From positions 71,807 through 135,806 of the forward strand of contig JARVJZ010000005.1 in the NCBI GenBank assembly GCA_029775855.1: DNA of 64,000 nucleotides. The letters run 5' to 3'. Of the stretch, positions 19,669 to 29,220 are shown in pieces (position 1 is the first letter of the stretch; every line of letters begins with the position of its first letter). The position numbers were made by a program, and so were the translations under genes. The notes under the pieces were generated by a model. That model made no database searches, had not been told where the DNA came from, and saw only the letters and a list, made by a program, of their open reading frames with translations. This DNA comes from Nitrososphaeria archaeon. GTDB taxonomy: Archaea; Thermoproteota; Nitrososphaeria; Nitrososphaerales; JAAOZN01.

Positions 19669-21077
19669 CGTTTACCAAGCAGCCCAGCCAATCTAGGCAT
19701 CATTGTTTCCAGCTGCTCCCTCATAAGTAGCTGATAGTAGTTAATTATGATACCTACCATAAGAAGAATACCTATCCCAGAACCAAACACACCCAAGACC
19801 TGTGAAGCTCCAGCGATAAGACCGATGAGGATACCACCTATTATCGTGAGTGTTGGAATATACTTTTCTAAGATGTGTTCAACAGACACACCAGCCCTCC
19901 TAAAACCTGGAACTTGGACATTAGCATCAAGCAGACTCTTAGCCGCAGCTTTGGGAGATAAGCCTCCAATTTCAACCCAAATCTTAGAGAAGAGCACAGC
20001 AAAGCCTATCAAGATCAAAATCGAGGTGACGGTGCGTATAGGCTCAGATAATGCAACATCAAGTGAAGTAGGTATTGACATGTAGTAGAGAAGCCCTCCT
20101 GTAGGTCCGGCGCCGGGGTTGGTTTGGTTGAATGTGACTATGGTGTTTAATATCGGGTTATCGTTATTTGGGTTAAGGTTGCTCCACAAGATTTGAGAAA
20201 AGAAGGTTATGTTAGCCATTAAGGCTGATGTTAAAATTACAGGGATGTTTGAGACATATAGTAGCTTGATTGGATATACCCCTGAGAAGCCTCGGTATCT
20301 AGTAGATGTTATCGGTATCTCGATTCTAACCCCCTCTATGTATATGATGGCAAGTATGACTAAGATTGTGATGAAAAGAGTCGATATGCTAGGCAGCGCG
20401 CCGTGCCTAAACCAAGCTTCGTGAGGCACTCCGGCAAGCGTCGCGTTGATTGCGTGTGGAATAGCGCCAAAATAACCAGCACCAGTAGGCAGTATGCTGA
20501 ACATATCCCATACTATACGCTGAGCTACACCCGCCATGATAAAGAGGGATATCCCGCTTCCAATACCCCAACCCTTCTGAACTAACTCATCTAAGAGCAT
20601 AACCACAACGCCCGCAAAGAGAAGTTGAGCTAGAAGAATTATGATAGTTGTTGAAGTGAGATTTCTGCCGAACGCTCCTCCAGCAATATAGGCTGAGGCT
20701 TCAACGATTATCACTATAAAAGTGAGTAGCTTAGTAGCGGATGTGAAGAGCGCCCTATCTTCAGGCTTCTTAAAATCGACTCTAAATATGTCAGCACCTT
20801 TAAGGAGCTGAAGAATAAGACCCGCGGTAACGATAGGGCCAATACCAAGCTCCATAAGAGTCCCTTGCGATGAAGCGAAGATAATTCTCGTAAAAGCGAG
20901 CTGATCTTGACCGCCTACAGCAACACCATAAAGCGGCACTTGAGCCATAACAAGGTAGATTACCAAAGCAATAGCCGTCCAAATAAAACGCTCAGTAAGG
21001 CTAGGCTTCTTAGGGGGCTTCGGAACCTCGGGTAAAATAGTTGACGCAGATGATATGAAGTTCCGAAGCGCGCTCAT
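19665..21077 (-). CDS. secY: preprotein translocase subunit SecY
   Basis: ELGIGPIVTAG, GSGISLFI, YPIKLLY.SNIPVI and QVPGFR motifs; about 10 TM helices. Confidence 0.97.
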   Translation of the reverse strand: MSALRNFISSASTILPEVPKPPKKPSLTERFIWTAIALVIYLVMAQVPLYGVAVGGQDQLAFTRIIFASSQGTLMELGIGPIVTAGLILQLLKGADIFRVDFKKPEDRALFTSATKLLTFIVIIVEASAYIAGGAFGRNLTSTTIIILLAQLLFAGVVVMLLDELVQKGWGIGSGISLFIMAGVAQRIVWDMFSILPTGAGYFGAIPHAINATLAGVPHEAWFRHGALPSISTLFITILVILAIIYIEGVRIEIPITSTRYRGFSGVYPIKLLYVSNIPVILTSALMANITFFSQILWSNLNPNNDNPILNTIVTFNQTNPGAGPTGGLLYYMSIPTSLDVALSEPIRTVTSILILIGFAVLFSKIWVEIGGLSPKAAAKSLLDANVQVPGFRRAGVSVEHILEKYIPTLTIIGGILIGLIAGASQVLGVFGSGIGILLMVGIIINYYQLLMREQLETMMPRLAGLLGKR

Positions 21078-21083
21078 GATCGA

Positions 21084-21488
21084 TTAGCCCTCTATCAACT
21101 GACCCCCAACTGCTTCTATCTTTGATTTAGCTTGTTTAGTGTATGCTCTTACTGTCACCTTTATCGGTGTTTTGATCTCTCCTGAGCCTAGTAGTTTGTC
21201 GTAGCCTAGGTTTGTTAGGTTTATCTCATTTGTTTTTTGCTTCTGTGCTATCTCTTCTAGTTTGCTTAAGTTGATCCATCTGCGTGGTCTTGATTCTTTT
21301 TTCGGTTTTAATGAGTCTCTGCTGAAGTGCTCTGGGGCATATTTTACCACCCAACTCCATTTGTGTTTATGCAGACCAGCCTTGCCTCTGCCGCCTTTTC
21401 TTCCACTCTTTCTATGCTGCCCTATTTGGCCCCATCCGTGAGTTCTTGAGCCGCGAAGTTTTCTTACTTTGCGTAGTCTAGTCGGCAT
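21084..21488 (-). CDS. rpl15: 50S ribosomal protein uL15
   Basis: RGSRTHGWG, GGRG.AG and KLLGSG motifs. Confidence 0.96.
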   Translation of the reverse strand: MPTRLRKVRKLRGSRTHGWGQIGQHRKSGRKGGRGKAGLHKHKWSWVVKYAPEHFSRDSLKPKKESRPRRWINLSKLEEIAQKQKTNEINLTNLGYDKLLGSGEIKTPIKVTVRAYTKQAKSKIEAVGGQLIEG

Positions 21489-21563
21489 ATCATTTACCCT
21501 CTTTTAAGCACAACTAGAGTATTTAGCCCCTAAGATAAACTTGTTTATTGAAGTCATCTTAAG

Positions 21564-22025
21564 TCACAGCATACTCGCTATAAGCTTTGGTAGCTCGGGA
21601 TTTTCACCAAGAATGCCATCTTTGTAAAGCCTTCTGCTTGAGGCGGGGAATCCACCTCTTGGTGGATGAAGGGCGAAGAATGGTTTTATCGGCTTGAGCT
21701 TGCTTAAAGATATCTTACACTGAGCCAGAGATGCTGCTAGAGAAGAGAAGTCGTCAAACCCTAGCTCCTTAACTACATCAAGGCTAAGTCGCTTATTTCC
21801 TGAAACTTTGCCACGCTTCTCCAGAAGTGCTTTTACCAACTCGGCGTCAGCAACACACCAAGCCACATAATCTTTAACCTTCTTGAGCATACCTATAACA
21901 GAAGGCGAGTCTGCAACTAAAGTTGCTCTGAACCGCTTATCTAGATTAAGTAAGCGTAGGGTCGTCTTAGCCCAATATGGGACATTTACCGTCCCTCTTA
22001 ACCTTACAACTACTAGGCAAGCCAT
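21564..22025 (-). CDS. rpl30: 50S ribosomal protein uL30
   Basis: VVRLRG, GML.KVKDYVAW and F.LHPPRGG motifs. Confidence 0.95.
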   Translation of the reverse strand: MACLVVVRLRGTVNVPYWAKTTLRLLNLDKRFRATLVADSPSVIGMLKKVKDYVAWCVADAELVKALLEKRGKVSGNKRLSLDVVKELGFDDFSSLAASLAQCKISLSKLKPIKPFFALHPPRGGFPASSRRLYKDGILGENPELPKLIASML

Positions 22026-22034
22026 ATTATCCCA

Positions 22035-22655
22035 CTACCTAGATACAATATTCAACTTATGCATGTTCTTAAACGCCATACTTACAGCATTAGTTATGGA
22101 AGACGGTGTGTTAGTCGAGCCAAAGGTTCGTGTCCAAGCATCCACAACACCAGCCAAGCTGAGAAGTTTCCTTACCGTCTCACCAGCCACCAACCCTAAG
22201 CCCCTTGGTCCGGGTATGATCTCAACAGTAACACTTCCAGCCTTCCCCACTATCTTATAGGGGACGCTGTGTGGTCTCGCGCATCTACATTCCCAGCTCC
22301 CACACCCAAGTTTAACGGGTAAAATATTTAGCAGCGCGGCGTTTGTAGCTTTATCGATGGCGCTTCGCATTTGCATAGCTTTACCTCTCCCCACACCAAA
22401 CCAGCCAGTAGTGCCAACTGCGACTATAGCAACAAACCTTGTGACTTCTCCTGCGTCTGTCTGCTTCTGAACTATGCCGGCGCTTATCACCTCTGTTTTG
22501 ATGTCTGGAAGTAATGTTTTGACGATCTCCGGCTCTCTTATTCGATAACCCATTTCGAAGACGTTGCTGAGTGAGGTTATCTTACCGCTTTGCACCATCA
22601 GACCTAGCTTGGTTCGAGGGTTCCAGATCTGCTTATCCTTCGATTCTAAACTCAC
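22035..22655 (-). CDS. rps5: 30S ribosomal protein uS5
   Basis: W.PRTKLG, GCGSWEC and PRGLGLV motifs. Confidence 0.96.
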   Translation of the reverse strand: MSLESKDKQIWNPRTKLGLMVQSGKITSLSNVFEMGYRIREPEIVKTLLPDIKTEVISAGIVQKQTDAGEVTRFVAIVAVGTTGWFGVGRGKAMQMRSAIDKATNAALLNILPVKLGCGSWECRCARPHSVPYKIVGKAGSVTVEIIPGPRGLGLVAGETVRKLLSLAGVVDAWTRTFGSTNTPSSITNAVSMAFKNMHKLNIVSR

Positions 22656-23254
22656 TTTGCTTTCACCTTTAACTCCTTAAACAACTTCGATTTAACCAAC
22701 GCTGTGTGCTTAGCATATTCTTCAGGTTTAAATCGACGAGAAAGTAAAAAGGAGAACCTTCGCTTATACTCCTCTGGTGAGGAAGAGAGCAGCATATTAG
22801 CGTACTCAGATATATGCTTTCCAGATAAATACTCCTCTTTTGGCAGTAGCTCAGGATCTACTGGAACATCGACGCCAGCATCGATTATCCCCTTGACTAA
22901 AGCTGTGACTCTAGAACCCTTGACAAATCGCCTAGGACCCAAGTAGAGGACTGCTGACTTTACACCTTTTTCTAAGGCTCTTAAGCCTACTAATAGTCCA
23001 GTAAGGTATGCTGAGGGTATGTTCTTCCTTGAACCCTTCCACCCATATTTTGTTAGTTCTTTTGAGTTAGCAGAAGCTATAACTATGTCTCCTTTTAGTT
23101 CCGGTTTGTGAATCTGGCAGTATATGGTGTAGTTACTTTTGTGGAATGTTATGAATGGTTTCTTACCATATAGTAGAAGCCTTCTCTTCTTATAGTCGGT
23201 CTTTCCCTCTCTTCTCCTTCTGAATATTGGGATGTAGCTCTTCTGGATATTCAA
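22652..23254 (-). CDS. rpl18: 50S ribosomal protein uL18
   Basis: RRRREGKTDY and N.PSAYLTG motifs. Confidence 0.96.
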   Translation of the reverse strand: MNIQKSYIPIFRRRREGKTDYKKRRLLLYGKKPFITFHKSNYTIYCQIHKPELKGDIVIASANSKELTKYGWKGSRKNIPSAYLTGLLVGLRALEKGVKSAVLYLGPRRFVKGSRVTALVKGIIDAGVDVPVDPELLPKEEYLSGKHISEYANMLLSSSPEEYKRRFSFLLSRRFKPEEYAKHTALVKSKLFKELKVKAK

Positions 23255-23685
23255 GATTTACTTACCTCTTTTACGAGTTCGTTTAGATGGCGTAGGCTTC
23301 TTACTTGCCCACCCTTTATCTGCAGATAAAGCTCGTCGAAGACTTTACCAGTTATTACCCCCCTATCTCTGAGCAGCTTTAACCTTCTCCTTAATGCCCT
23401 TACGCGGGTTACCCAATGTTCCTTCTTTCCCATTCTTGCGCCTTTAGCGCCTTTTTTGCTTCCTGCACCACGCTTACTTTTCCTATCTTTAGTTAATCTA
23501 TGCCTACCTCTTGATACACCTTTAGCCGGCTCAGCCCATATAACGCCTCTTTTTATTAAGTTCCTTATGGATGCACGAGTTATAGCGTCAGCTATCGCAT
23601 CAGCCTCATTTGGGTCTAGCCTAACTCTGCTAACTCCGACCTTCAATATATCTGCAGCCAGCCTCTTCTTTGCACTAAGATCCAT
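23251..23685 (-). CDS. rpl19e: 50S ribosomal protein eL19
   Basis: RLAA.ILKVG..RV and G.GSKKG.KGAR motifs. Confidence 0.96.
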   Translation of the reverse strand: MDLSAKKRLAADILKVGVSRVRLDPNEADAIADAITRASIRNLIKRGVIWAEPAKGVSRGRHRLTKDRKSKRGAGSKKGAKGARMGKKEHWVTRVRALRRRLKLLRDRGVITGKVFDELYLQIKGGQVRSLRHLNELVKEVSKS

Positions 23686-23688
23686 AGT

Positions 23689-24093
23689 CTACTTCACCCG
23701 CTTAGGAACAGTCGGATTAAGAACCTTTATGCCCATTTCCTTTGCTTTAGCCATAATTTCCAGCCTCTTCTTAGCGCCCACAGTAGACGCTATTCTAGCC
23801 GCATCAGTCTCAGGATTGAGGCTTTCAAGATCCGAGGGGTTATAGATGAGTATATCCCTGTAGCCGCTTGGATGTAAACCTCTGACAGCAGCGGGGCCTC
23901 TGTATCCTATCTTTACAATCTTTGGCCATCCCTTGACTTGCAGCCGCATTTTGCTGTCTATACCTTTTGGTTTACGCCAAGATGGCTTTAACCTATTATA
24001 TCTCCAGCTCTCTTGCCTAACAAATTTAGGTCTCTTTGATGATAACTGTTTTCTAAGCGTTAACATCTGTTTAATGTCTGACCTACTGCTCAA
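23689..24093 (-). CDS. rpl32e: 50S ribosomal protein eL32
   Basis: WRKPKGIDSK.R and RGLHPSG motifs. Confidence 0.96.
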   Translation of the reverse strand: MSSRSDIKQMLTLRKQLSSKRPKFVRQESWRYNRLKPSWRKPKGIDSKMRLQVKGWPKIVKIGYRGPAAVRGLHPSGYRDILIYNPSDLESLNPETDAARIASTVGAKKRLEIMAKAKEMGIKVLNPTVPKRVK

Positions 24094-24638
24094 GGGTTAA
24101 CCACCTTTTCGTAGATATATATGCCGTCCAAAAAGACTCTTTGATCCTTTCTTTTAATCCTCGTAGCTTGCTCTATGTTGGCAGCTGTCGCACCAACATG
24201 CTCTTTATCTATTCCAGTAACTATAACGTCTTCACCTTGCACTTGAACCTTGCATTCACCAACTATTTCTGCGGTCCTTGGGCTACGCTCACCATAAAAG
24301 TTTTCAATGTAGACTGTTTTATCTTTGACCCTAACAGTAATCGGAAAATGAGCATAAACAACTTTAAGCTTGTATGTAAATCCCTTTGTGACTCCGATAA
24401 CCATATTTGAAATTATAGATTTAGCAGTGCCCAGCACAGCCTTATCACGCCTCCTACTCGATGGCACAGTAAGAACTACTTTATCCCCACTAACCTTCAA
24501 CAACACAGGGATCTTCGAGAAATCTTTTGAAACAGCACCTAAAGGACCCCTAATCTGAAGAATGTAGCCGTCCAACTTGCCTACTACACCATCAGGTAGA
24601 AGAATTTCTTCAGTTAAGGGATTAGTAGACGTAGCCAA
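24090..24638 (-). CDS. rpl6: 50S ribosomal protein uL6
   Basis: VYAHFPI, NFYGE..PR and D.RVFLDGIYI motifs. Confidence 0.96.
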   Translation of the reverse strand: MATSTNPLTEEILLPDGVVGKLDGYILQIRGPLGAVSKDFSKIPVLLKVSGDKVVLTVPSSRRRDKAVLGTAKSIISNMVIGVTKGFTYKLKVVYAHFPITVRVKDKTVYIENFYGERSPRTAEIVGECKVQVQGEDVIVTGIDKEHVGATAANIEQATRIKRKDQRVFLDGIYIYEKVVNP

Positions 24639-25023
24639 GCAATCTCCCCCCTACTCCTTGCTCTATAGCCTCATAATGTGACATAACACCCTTTGGTGTT
24701 GTGACAATAAGTATCCCCACGCCTACTGCGGGTAGGAACCTCTGCTCCCATACGCTGAATTCATCTTTAGCGACGCTGAATCGAGGTGTGATTACTCCAC
24801 ATTTATTGATTCGCCCTAGCAGCTGTATTCTTAGTTTTCCCGAGAGACCATCGTCAATAAACTCGAATTCGCCGATATACTTGTAGCGCTGCATAGTTCG
24901 AAGGACTTCGCTAGCAAGCTTTGAAGCTGGTATAACGAGGCATTCCTTCTTATTCCTAATCTCGTTGTTATAAATAGTTGAGAAAAGATTTGCAAGCACG
25001 TTTTGAGCTGGCATAACTAGCAC
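24622..25023 (-). CDS. rps8: 30S ribosomal protein uS8
   Basis: YIGEFEFIDDG, INKCGVI.PRF and GG.LLGYVY motifs. Confidence 0.96.
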   Translation of the reverse strand: MLVMPAQNVLANLFSTIYNNEIRNKKECLVIPASKLASEVLRTMQRYKYIGEFEFIDDGLSGKLRIQLLGRINKCGVITPRFSVAKDEFSVWEQRFLPAVGVGILIVTTPKGVMSHYEAIEQGVGGRLLGYVY

Positions 25024-25185
25024 CTACTCATACTTCTTAAATCCCAGCTTCTCTGCGACTTCTCTGAAGCACTGTCTGCATAGCTGAAGATCGTATTTTC
25101 TGATTAGGGCGTTGTATTGCCCACATCTCTTACACCACCTAGCACCCTTACCAAATTTTCTTGGCTTACCGTGCCTTTCCTTCAA
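25024..25185 (-). CDS. rps14: 30S ribosomal protein uS14 (Zn-ribbon type), absent from the supplied ORF track
   Basis: Manual translation from TTG: [53 protein letters not shown] (53 aa). Sits at the canonical position between uL5 and uS8. Confidence 0.95.
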   Translation of the reverse strand: MKERHGKPRKFGKGARWCKRCGQYNALIRKYDLQLCRQCFREVAEKLGFKKYE

Positions 25186-25187
25186 AC

Positions 25188-25715
25188 TTAAACCACCTCT
25201 ACACCGAAGTTTGACTTTAAGAATTCTATCGCATCTTCTCTCTTGACTCTGTGGGCTCGTCCAACCTTAGAACGGGCACGTCTACGATACATAACTCTGT
25301 ATCCTGGTCTTGTGATAAATACAGAGACGTTCATTCCAAAGATGCCTAATTCAGGCTTATATTTTACACCAGCTATGTCTATATGTTCTTTTAATCCGAA
25401 TGAGACGCTTCCGTTTACATCGAAGCTTGATTCTGGGAGCTTATTTCCCTTTGCTTGTAGAAGCTTCTTAAGTGCTTCCGTTGCTTTGTCCCCTCTTAAA
25501 GTCACAGAGACACCGATAGGTTCACCTTTTCTTACACCAAAATCTCTTATTGTCCTCCGTGCCTTTCTTACGCTGGGTTTTTGCTGAAAGAGTTCTTCTA
25601 GTATCGTTGAAGCTTTCTGCAGGGGTTCGCCTGACTTTCCTACTCCTATATTTACTACAACCTTCTCTATACGCATCATTCGCATAGGATTCTCAGAGAT
25701 CTGTATGGCTGACAT
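25188..25715 (-). CDS. rpl5: 50S ribosomal protein uL5
   Basis: [13 protein letters not shown] and FG.KEHIDI motifs. Confidence 0.96.
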   Translation of the reverse strand: MSAIQISENPMRMMRIEKVVVNIGVGKSGEPLQKASTILEELFQQKPSVRKARRTIRDFGVRKGEPIGVSVTLRGDKATEALKKLLQAKGNKLPESSFDVNGSVSFGLKEHIDIAGVKYKPELGIFGMNVSVFITRPGYRVMYRRRARSKVGRAHRVKREDAIEFLKSNFGVEVV

Positions 25716-25717
25716 GA

Positions 25718-26446
25718 CTACCTACTCCCTATATATATGAGGGGCTTATCTTCACCCACAGGCATGAGTATGTTTGTAGGTAGTTCAACCGTTGCTGCCC
25801 CGGTTAAAAGGGTTGCTGTTGGTTTTCTAGTAAACGTTCCTGGCTTAAGGTCTTCCACATAGCCTAATAGTCCAGCCCTCTCTCCACTAGTCACCAATGC
25901 TTGGATACCCTTCTTCATTCTTATGGTATTGATAAGCCTTTGTGAGGGAACTTCAATGAGACAAGTATCCCCAGTCTTAAGAGACAAGTCACCTTCATCC
26001 AATAGGCATCGACCATCGTGTAGAGTATATTGTGTAATCCCGCCTCTGACGGTGTTCTTTTTAAGTATCTTGCATAGCTTTAGATTCTTTTCATCTGGAG
26101 ATATTTCAATGGGCACAAGAGGTTTCCCATCACGTGGGACAAGCCGATACACCTTTCCAAGACCATCGAATTCCACAACATCCATCAAACCTATCGGAAA
26201 GTCTAAAGCACGCCTAACAACACCATCTACCCGCACTTTACCCGAAGATGCGACAAACCTTGCTTCCCTATAGGTGTTTACTAACTTAAGCACGTCCCTA
26301 ATCAAAACAGCGAGAGCATAGCTACTGTCTTTACCATGCGGCCCTGGGCTTGTTTTGACCGTGAACTCTTTTACTTTACGGGGTATAGGCCAGAACGGTG
26401 GTGCGGTAGACCTTTTAGCTCTGTTTGACCCTCCCTTTTTACCCAA
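25718..26446 (-). CDS. rps4e: 30S ribosomal protein eS4
   Basis: KR..AP..WPI.RK, PGPH and FPIGLMDV motifs. Start set at the TTG (LGKKGG). Confidence 0.94.
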   Translation of the reverse strand: MGKKGGSNRAKRSTAPPFWPIPRKVKEFTVKTSPGPHGKDSSYALAVLIRDVLKLVNTYREARFVASSGKVRVDGVVRRALDFPIGLMDVVEFDGLGKVYRLVPRDGKPLVPIEISPDEKNLKLCKILKKNTVRGGITQYTLHDGRCLLDEGDLSLKTGDTCLIEVPSQRLINTIRMKKGIQALVTSGERAGLLGYVEDLKPGTFTRKPTATLLTGAATVELPTNILMPVGEDKPLIYIGSR

Positions 26447-26448
26447 CT

Positions 26449-26802
26449 TCACCTTACACCTCCTTTGCGCTCCAATATCTTCTGTCTCCATTTGTCGTCT
26501 AGATTGAGCGATGTTATCATAACCTTCGAAGCGTGTATCTTTACTGGAGCTGTGCCTCCAGCGATCTTTTCACGTGTTACACCCTCTACCGCGATTCTAC
26601 CCATCGCTCGATAAACCGCGGTAACCTTACCCTCTACCCCAGCGTATTCACCACGCAGGATCTTTACCGTATCCCCCTTCCTTAACGGAAGCGACCTTAT
26701 ACCATATTTTGCTCTGAGATCGTCGGATAGATGTGCTGAAAGCATCTTACCACGCTTATGGTGTGGAACAGTCTTCAGAATTATTCTGCTTCTGCTCGGC
26801 AT
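26449..26802 (-). CDS. rpl24: 50S ribosomal protein uL24
   Basis: RS.P.RKGD.V.I.RG KOW motif and IH.SKV.I. Confidence 0.95.
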   Translation of the reverse strand: MPSRSRIILKTVPHHKRGKMLSAHLSDDLRAKYGIRSLPLRKGDTVKILRGEYAGVEGKVTAVYRAMGRIAVEGVTREKIAGGTAPVKIHASKVMITSLNLDDKWRQKILERKGGVR

Positions 26803-26815
26803 ATCGTGTTCACCA

Positions 26816-27250
26816 TCACACTATCATAGACGCCAAGTTTGCGATTCTAGGCCAACGTTCAGCGGCTTCAGCGGCAACAGGACCTTTTATGTCCGTGCCC
26901 TTAAGGTCACCTTCTGGTGTAACTATTACCGCTGCGTTGTCTTCGAAGCTGACTCTAAGTCCACTCGCCCTTCTAATAGGATATTTTTGCCTAACTATTA
27001 CCGCGCCGAAAACTTGTTTTCTTAGCTCTGGATTACCTTTTTTCACAACGACGGTCACGTGGTCTCCAACTGAGGCTGCGGGTATTCTTTTAAGTCTGCC
27101 TTTAAATCTAGTAACTTGAACGAGCTTTAGGGTCTTCGCACCTGTGTTGTCTGCGCAGTTGATTACTGCGTTCGCTGGTATTGCTTTGGTTATGTATAGC
27201 TTAAATTCAGATACACCCTTTGCTGATACAGCACGAGACTTTGGCAACAC
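26816..27250 (-). CDS. rpl14: 50S ribosomal protein uL14
   Basis: CADNTGAK, FEDNAAVI and I.GPVA.EAA motifs. Confidence 0.97.
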   Translation of the reverse strand: MLPKSRAVSAKGVSEFKLYITKAIPANAVINCADNTGAKTLKLVQVTRFKGRLKRIPAASVGDHVTVVVKKGNPELRKQVFGAVIVRQKYPIRRASGLRVSFEDNAAVIVTPEGDLKGTDIKGPVAAEAAERWPRIANLASMIV

Positions 27251-27573
27251 TATTCACTCTCCTTACTTATGACTACGAAGGCTACAGATTTTGCTAGAGG
27301 TCTGCACTCAGCTATCTGCACCACGTCGCCCTCTTTCACATCAAGGCAAGGTGGTAGGTGTGCGTGAATTCGGCTTCTTCTCCGCTCATATCTCATAAAC
27401 TTCGGTATATAGTGGAGGTATTCTTTCTCTACAACCGCTGTATTCTTCGACTTCACACTGACTGCCTTACCCTTTATCAGCTTACCTCTAATGCTGAGTT
27501 TGCCATGGAAAGGACATAACACGTCTGTGCAACTTTTTTTTGGTGGTTCAACATCTATTCCTATGCGTCTCAT
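27250..27573 (-). CDS. rps17: 30S ribosomal protein uS17
   Basis: C.D..CPFHG and ECRPL.K motifs. Confidence 0.96.
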   Translation of the reverse strand: MRRIGIDVEPPKKSCTDVLCPFHGKLSIRGKLIKGKAVSVKSKNTAVVEKEYLHYIPKFMRYERRRSRIHAHLPPCLDVKEGDVVQIAECRPLAKSVAFVVISKESE

Positions 27574-27845
27574 CTTAATCTCAACCTCTTCACTCTATCT
27601 TCTGGTCGCCCCACAAGTTTCCACCCTTCCACTTCAACAACACGCTGAGGCAGACGTAAGGCAAATCTACAGACATCTTTTGGGACGACCTTTATCCTAC
27701 CATTTGCAGAAATATGTAGCGTCTTCTTAGTTTCGTAAACTACTACACCATTTAGATTAATAAGTGTAGGTTCTTTACTGTCAACTATCTTAATATTTAG
27801 TCCAATTAATTCATGGCATAATAAATTTATAGGCGTTATCTTCAC
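27570..27845 (-). CDS. rnp1: ribonuclease P protein Rpp29/POP4
   Basis: HELIGL, G.VV.ET and G..L.GRPEDR motifs. Confidence 0.93.
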   Translation of the reverse strand: MKITPINLLCHELIGLNIKIVDSKEPTLINLNGVVVYETKKTLHISANGRIKVVPKDVCRFALRLPQRVVEVEGWKLVGRPEDRVKRLRLR

Positions 27846-28078
27846 CCGCTTACACCTCTCTTAGCGGCAAGTTCCTTCTCTCTTATTATAGTCAGCACTC
27901 TTGCAAGATTTCTTCTTACGCTTCTGATCTTACCTGACTCCTTTCTTAATGTGCCTCTTGCTGACGCGGTGCGCAGTCTAAGAAGCTCACTTCTAAGTTC
28001 TCTTACCTTTGAATTAAGCTCCTTGATGTCCATCTTTCTCAGCTCAGCTGGCTTTAGCTTGGTCACCTTCTTTCTCAC
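27842..28078 (-). CDS. rpl29: 50S ribosomal protein uL29
   Basis: ELR.M and IR.VRR..ARVLTI..EK motifs. Confidence 0.93.
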   Translation of the reverse strand: MRKKVTKLKPAELRKMDIKELNSKVRELRSELLRLRTASARGTLRKESGKIRSVRRNLARVLTIIREKELAAKRGVSG

Positions 28079-28670
28079 CTTCCTCTTTTAACTCAAATTC
28101 AGATGGAACAACATCTTTTAAAGCGATCTTAACCTTGATACCATAAAGCCCCATCTTAAGCAAAACATGTGTCACAGCTTCCCTCACCATCTTTTCAGCA
28201 GGGTCGCCGCTCTTAGGTAAGACACCTATACGATACTTTTCATAGTTAGCCCGCTCGCTTCTAAGCTTACCTGCAATCCTAATTTCAGCACCGCTCGCTC
28301 CAGCAGCCATTATAGAGTTGAGCGCCCATAGAGCAGCCCTACGGAAGGCTGTTCCCTTTGTAACCATTTGTGCTATTCGATTGCACATTATACGTGGATT
28401 TAGTTCAGGTATTTCAACTTCCGTAACCGAGATCTGGGGGTTAGGGAGGTTGAACTTCTTTTCGAGCTTCTCTGTTAATTCTTTAATTCCTAAACCTCTT
28501 CTACCTATGACTAAACCTGGGCGTGTGACGTAGATGGTTATCCTTGTTCCTATGGGTGTCTTGAGGATATCTGAGGCACCGTAGCCTGCTTCACTCAGCT
28601 CTTGTTGGAGAAATTCATCTATTTCAGCGTTTCTTATATAATTTTTCATTACATTCTTGACCGCGGACAT
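28044..28670 (-). CDS. rps3: 30S ribosomal protein uS3
   Basis: KH domain RPGLVIGR.G, plus GAEI.I.GKL and G..GIKVKI motifs. Confidence 0.96.
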   Translation of the reverse strand: MSAVKNVMKNYIRNAEIDEFLQQELSEAGYGASDILKTPIGTRITIYVTRPGLVIGRRGLGIKELTEKLEKKFNLPNPQISVTEVEIPELNPRIMCNRIAQMVTKGTAFRRAALWALNSIMAAGASGAEIRIAGKLRSERANYEKYRIGVLPKSGDPAEKMVREAVTHVLLKMGLYGIKVKIALKDVVPSEFELKEEGEKEGDQAKAS

Positions 28671-28673
28671 AGA

Positions 28674-29135
28674 CTACACCACCTTACCAACAACCTCTAT
28701 ATGCACCAAAGTGTTAAAGCTCGGGCTTGAACGCCCAAACGCTCTTGGAACATAGCTCTTCACTTTTCTGCCTCGATGAGCAGCAGCATGCACTATAACA
28801 AGATTATCTGTGTCAAGTCCTCTGAACTCAGCATTTGCCTCTAGATTTTCAAGAGCAGAAAGAACCTCCTTCGCGGCTTTAACCGGATATCTACCAGCGT
28901 AAAACTTGACCAAACCAGATTTATGCCCAAGATCCTTCTTGTACTTCCTAAAAGGCACACAACACTTTTTCTCTATAACCTCATTTAAAAGACGCTTCGC
29001 CTCAGAAAGGGTCTTACCTTTTATAAAGGCGCAGACTTCGGTTGCAGCCTTTGGGCTAACATCTACTTCGCGCCTACTGGCGCGCACGTGTATAAGAGGG
29101 TCGTATTCTTTGAAGCTGTAACCGAACTCTGGCAA
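28674..29135 (-). CDS. rpl22: 50S ribosomal protein uL22
   Basis: GRYP.KA, N..ANAE..GLD, PRA.GR and H.EVV motifs. Confidence 0.96.
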   Translation of the reverse strand: MPEFGYSFKEYDPLIHVRASRREVDVSPKAATEVCAFIKGKTLSEAKRLLNEVIEKKCCVPFRKYKKDLGHKSGLVKFYAGRYPVKAAKEVLSALENLEANAEFRGLDTDNLVIVHAAAHRGRKVKSYVPRAFGRSSPSFNTLVHIEVVGKVV

Positions 29136-29195
29136 TATGGAACCCCAATCTTGATTTGACCCGTCACACCACTAAATAAATACTTTACCTTATAT

Positions 29196-29218
29196 CAGAA
29201 GACAAAGCTCTTCTTCTG
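29196..29218 (-). terminator. short hairpin just after the nadA stop (candidate terminator/3' stem)
   Basis: CAGAAGA-N9-TCTTCTG inverted repeat 2 nt from the stop codon. Confidence 0.3.
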
Positions 29219-29220
29219 CC

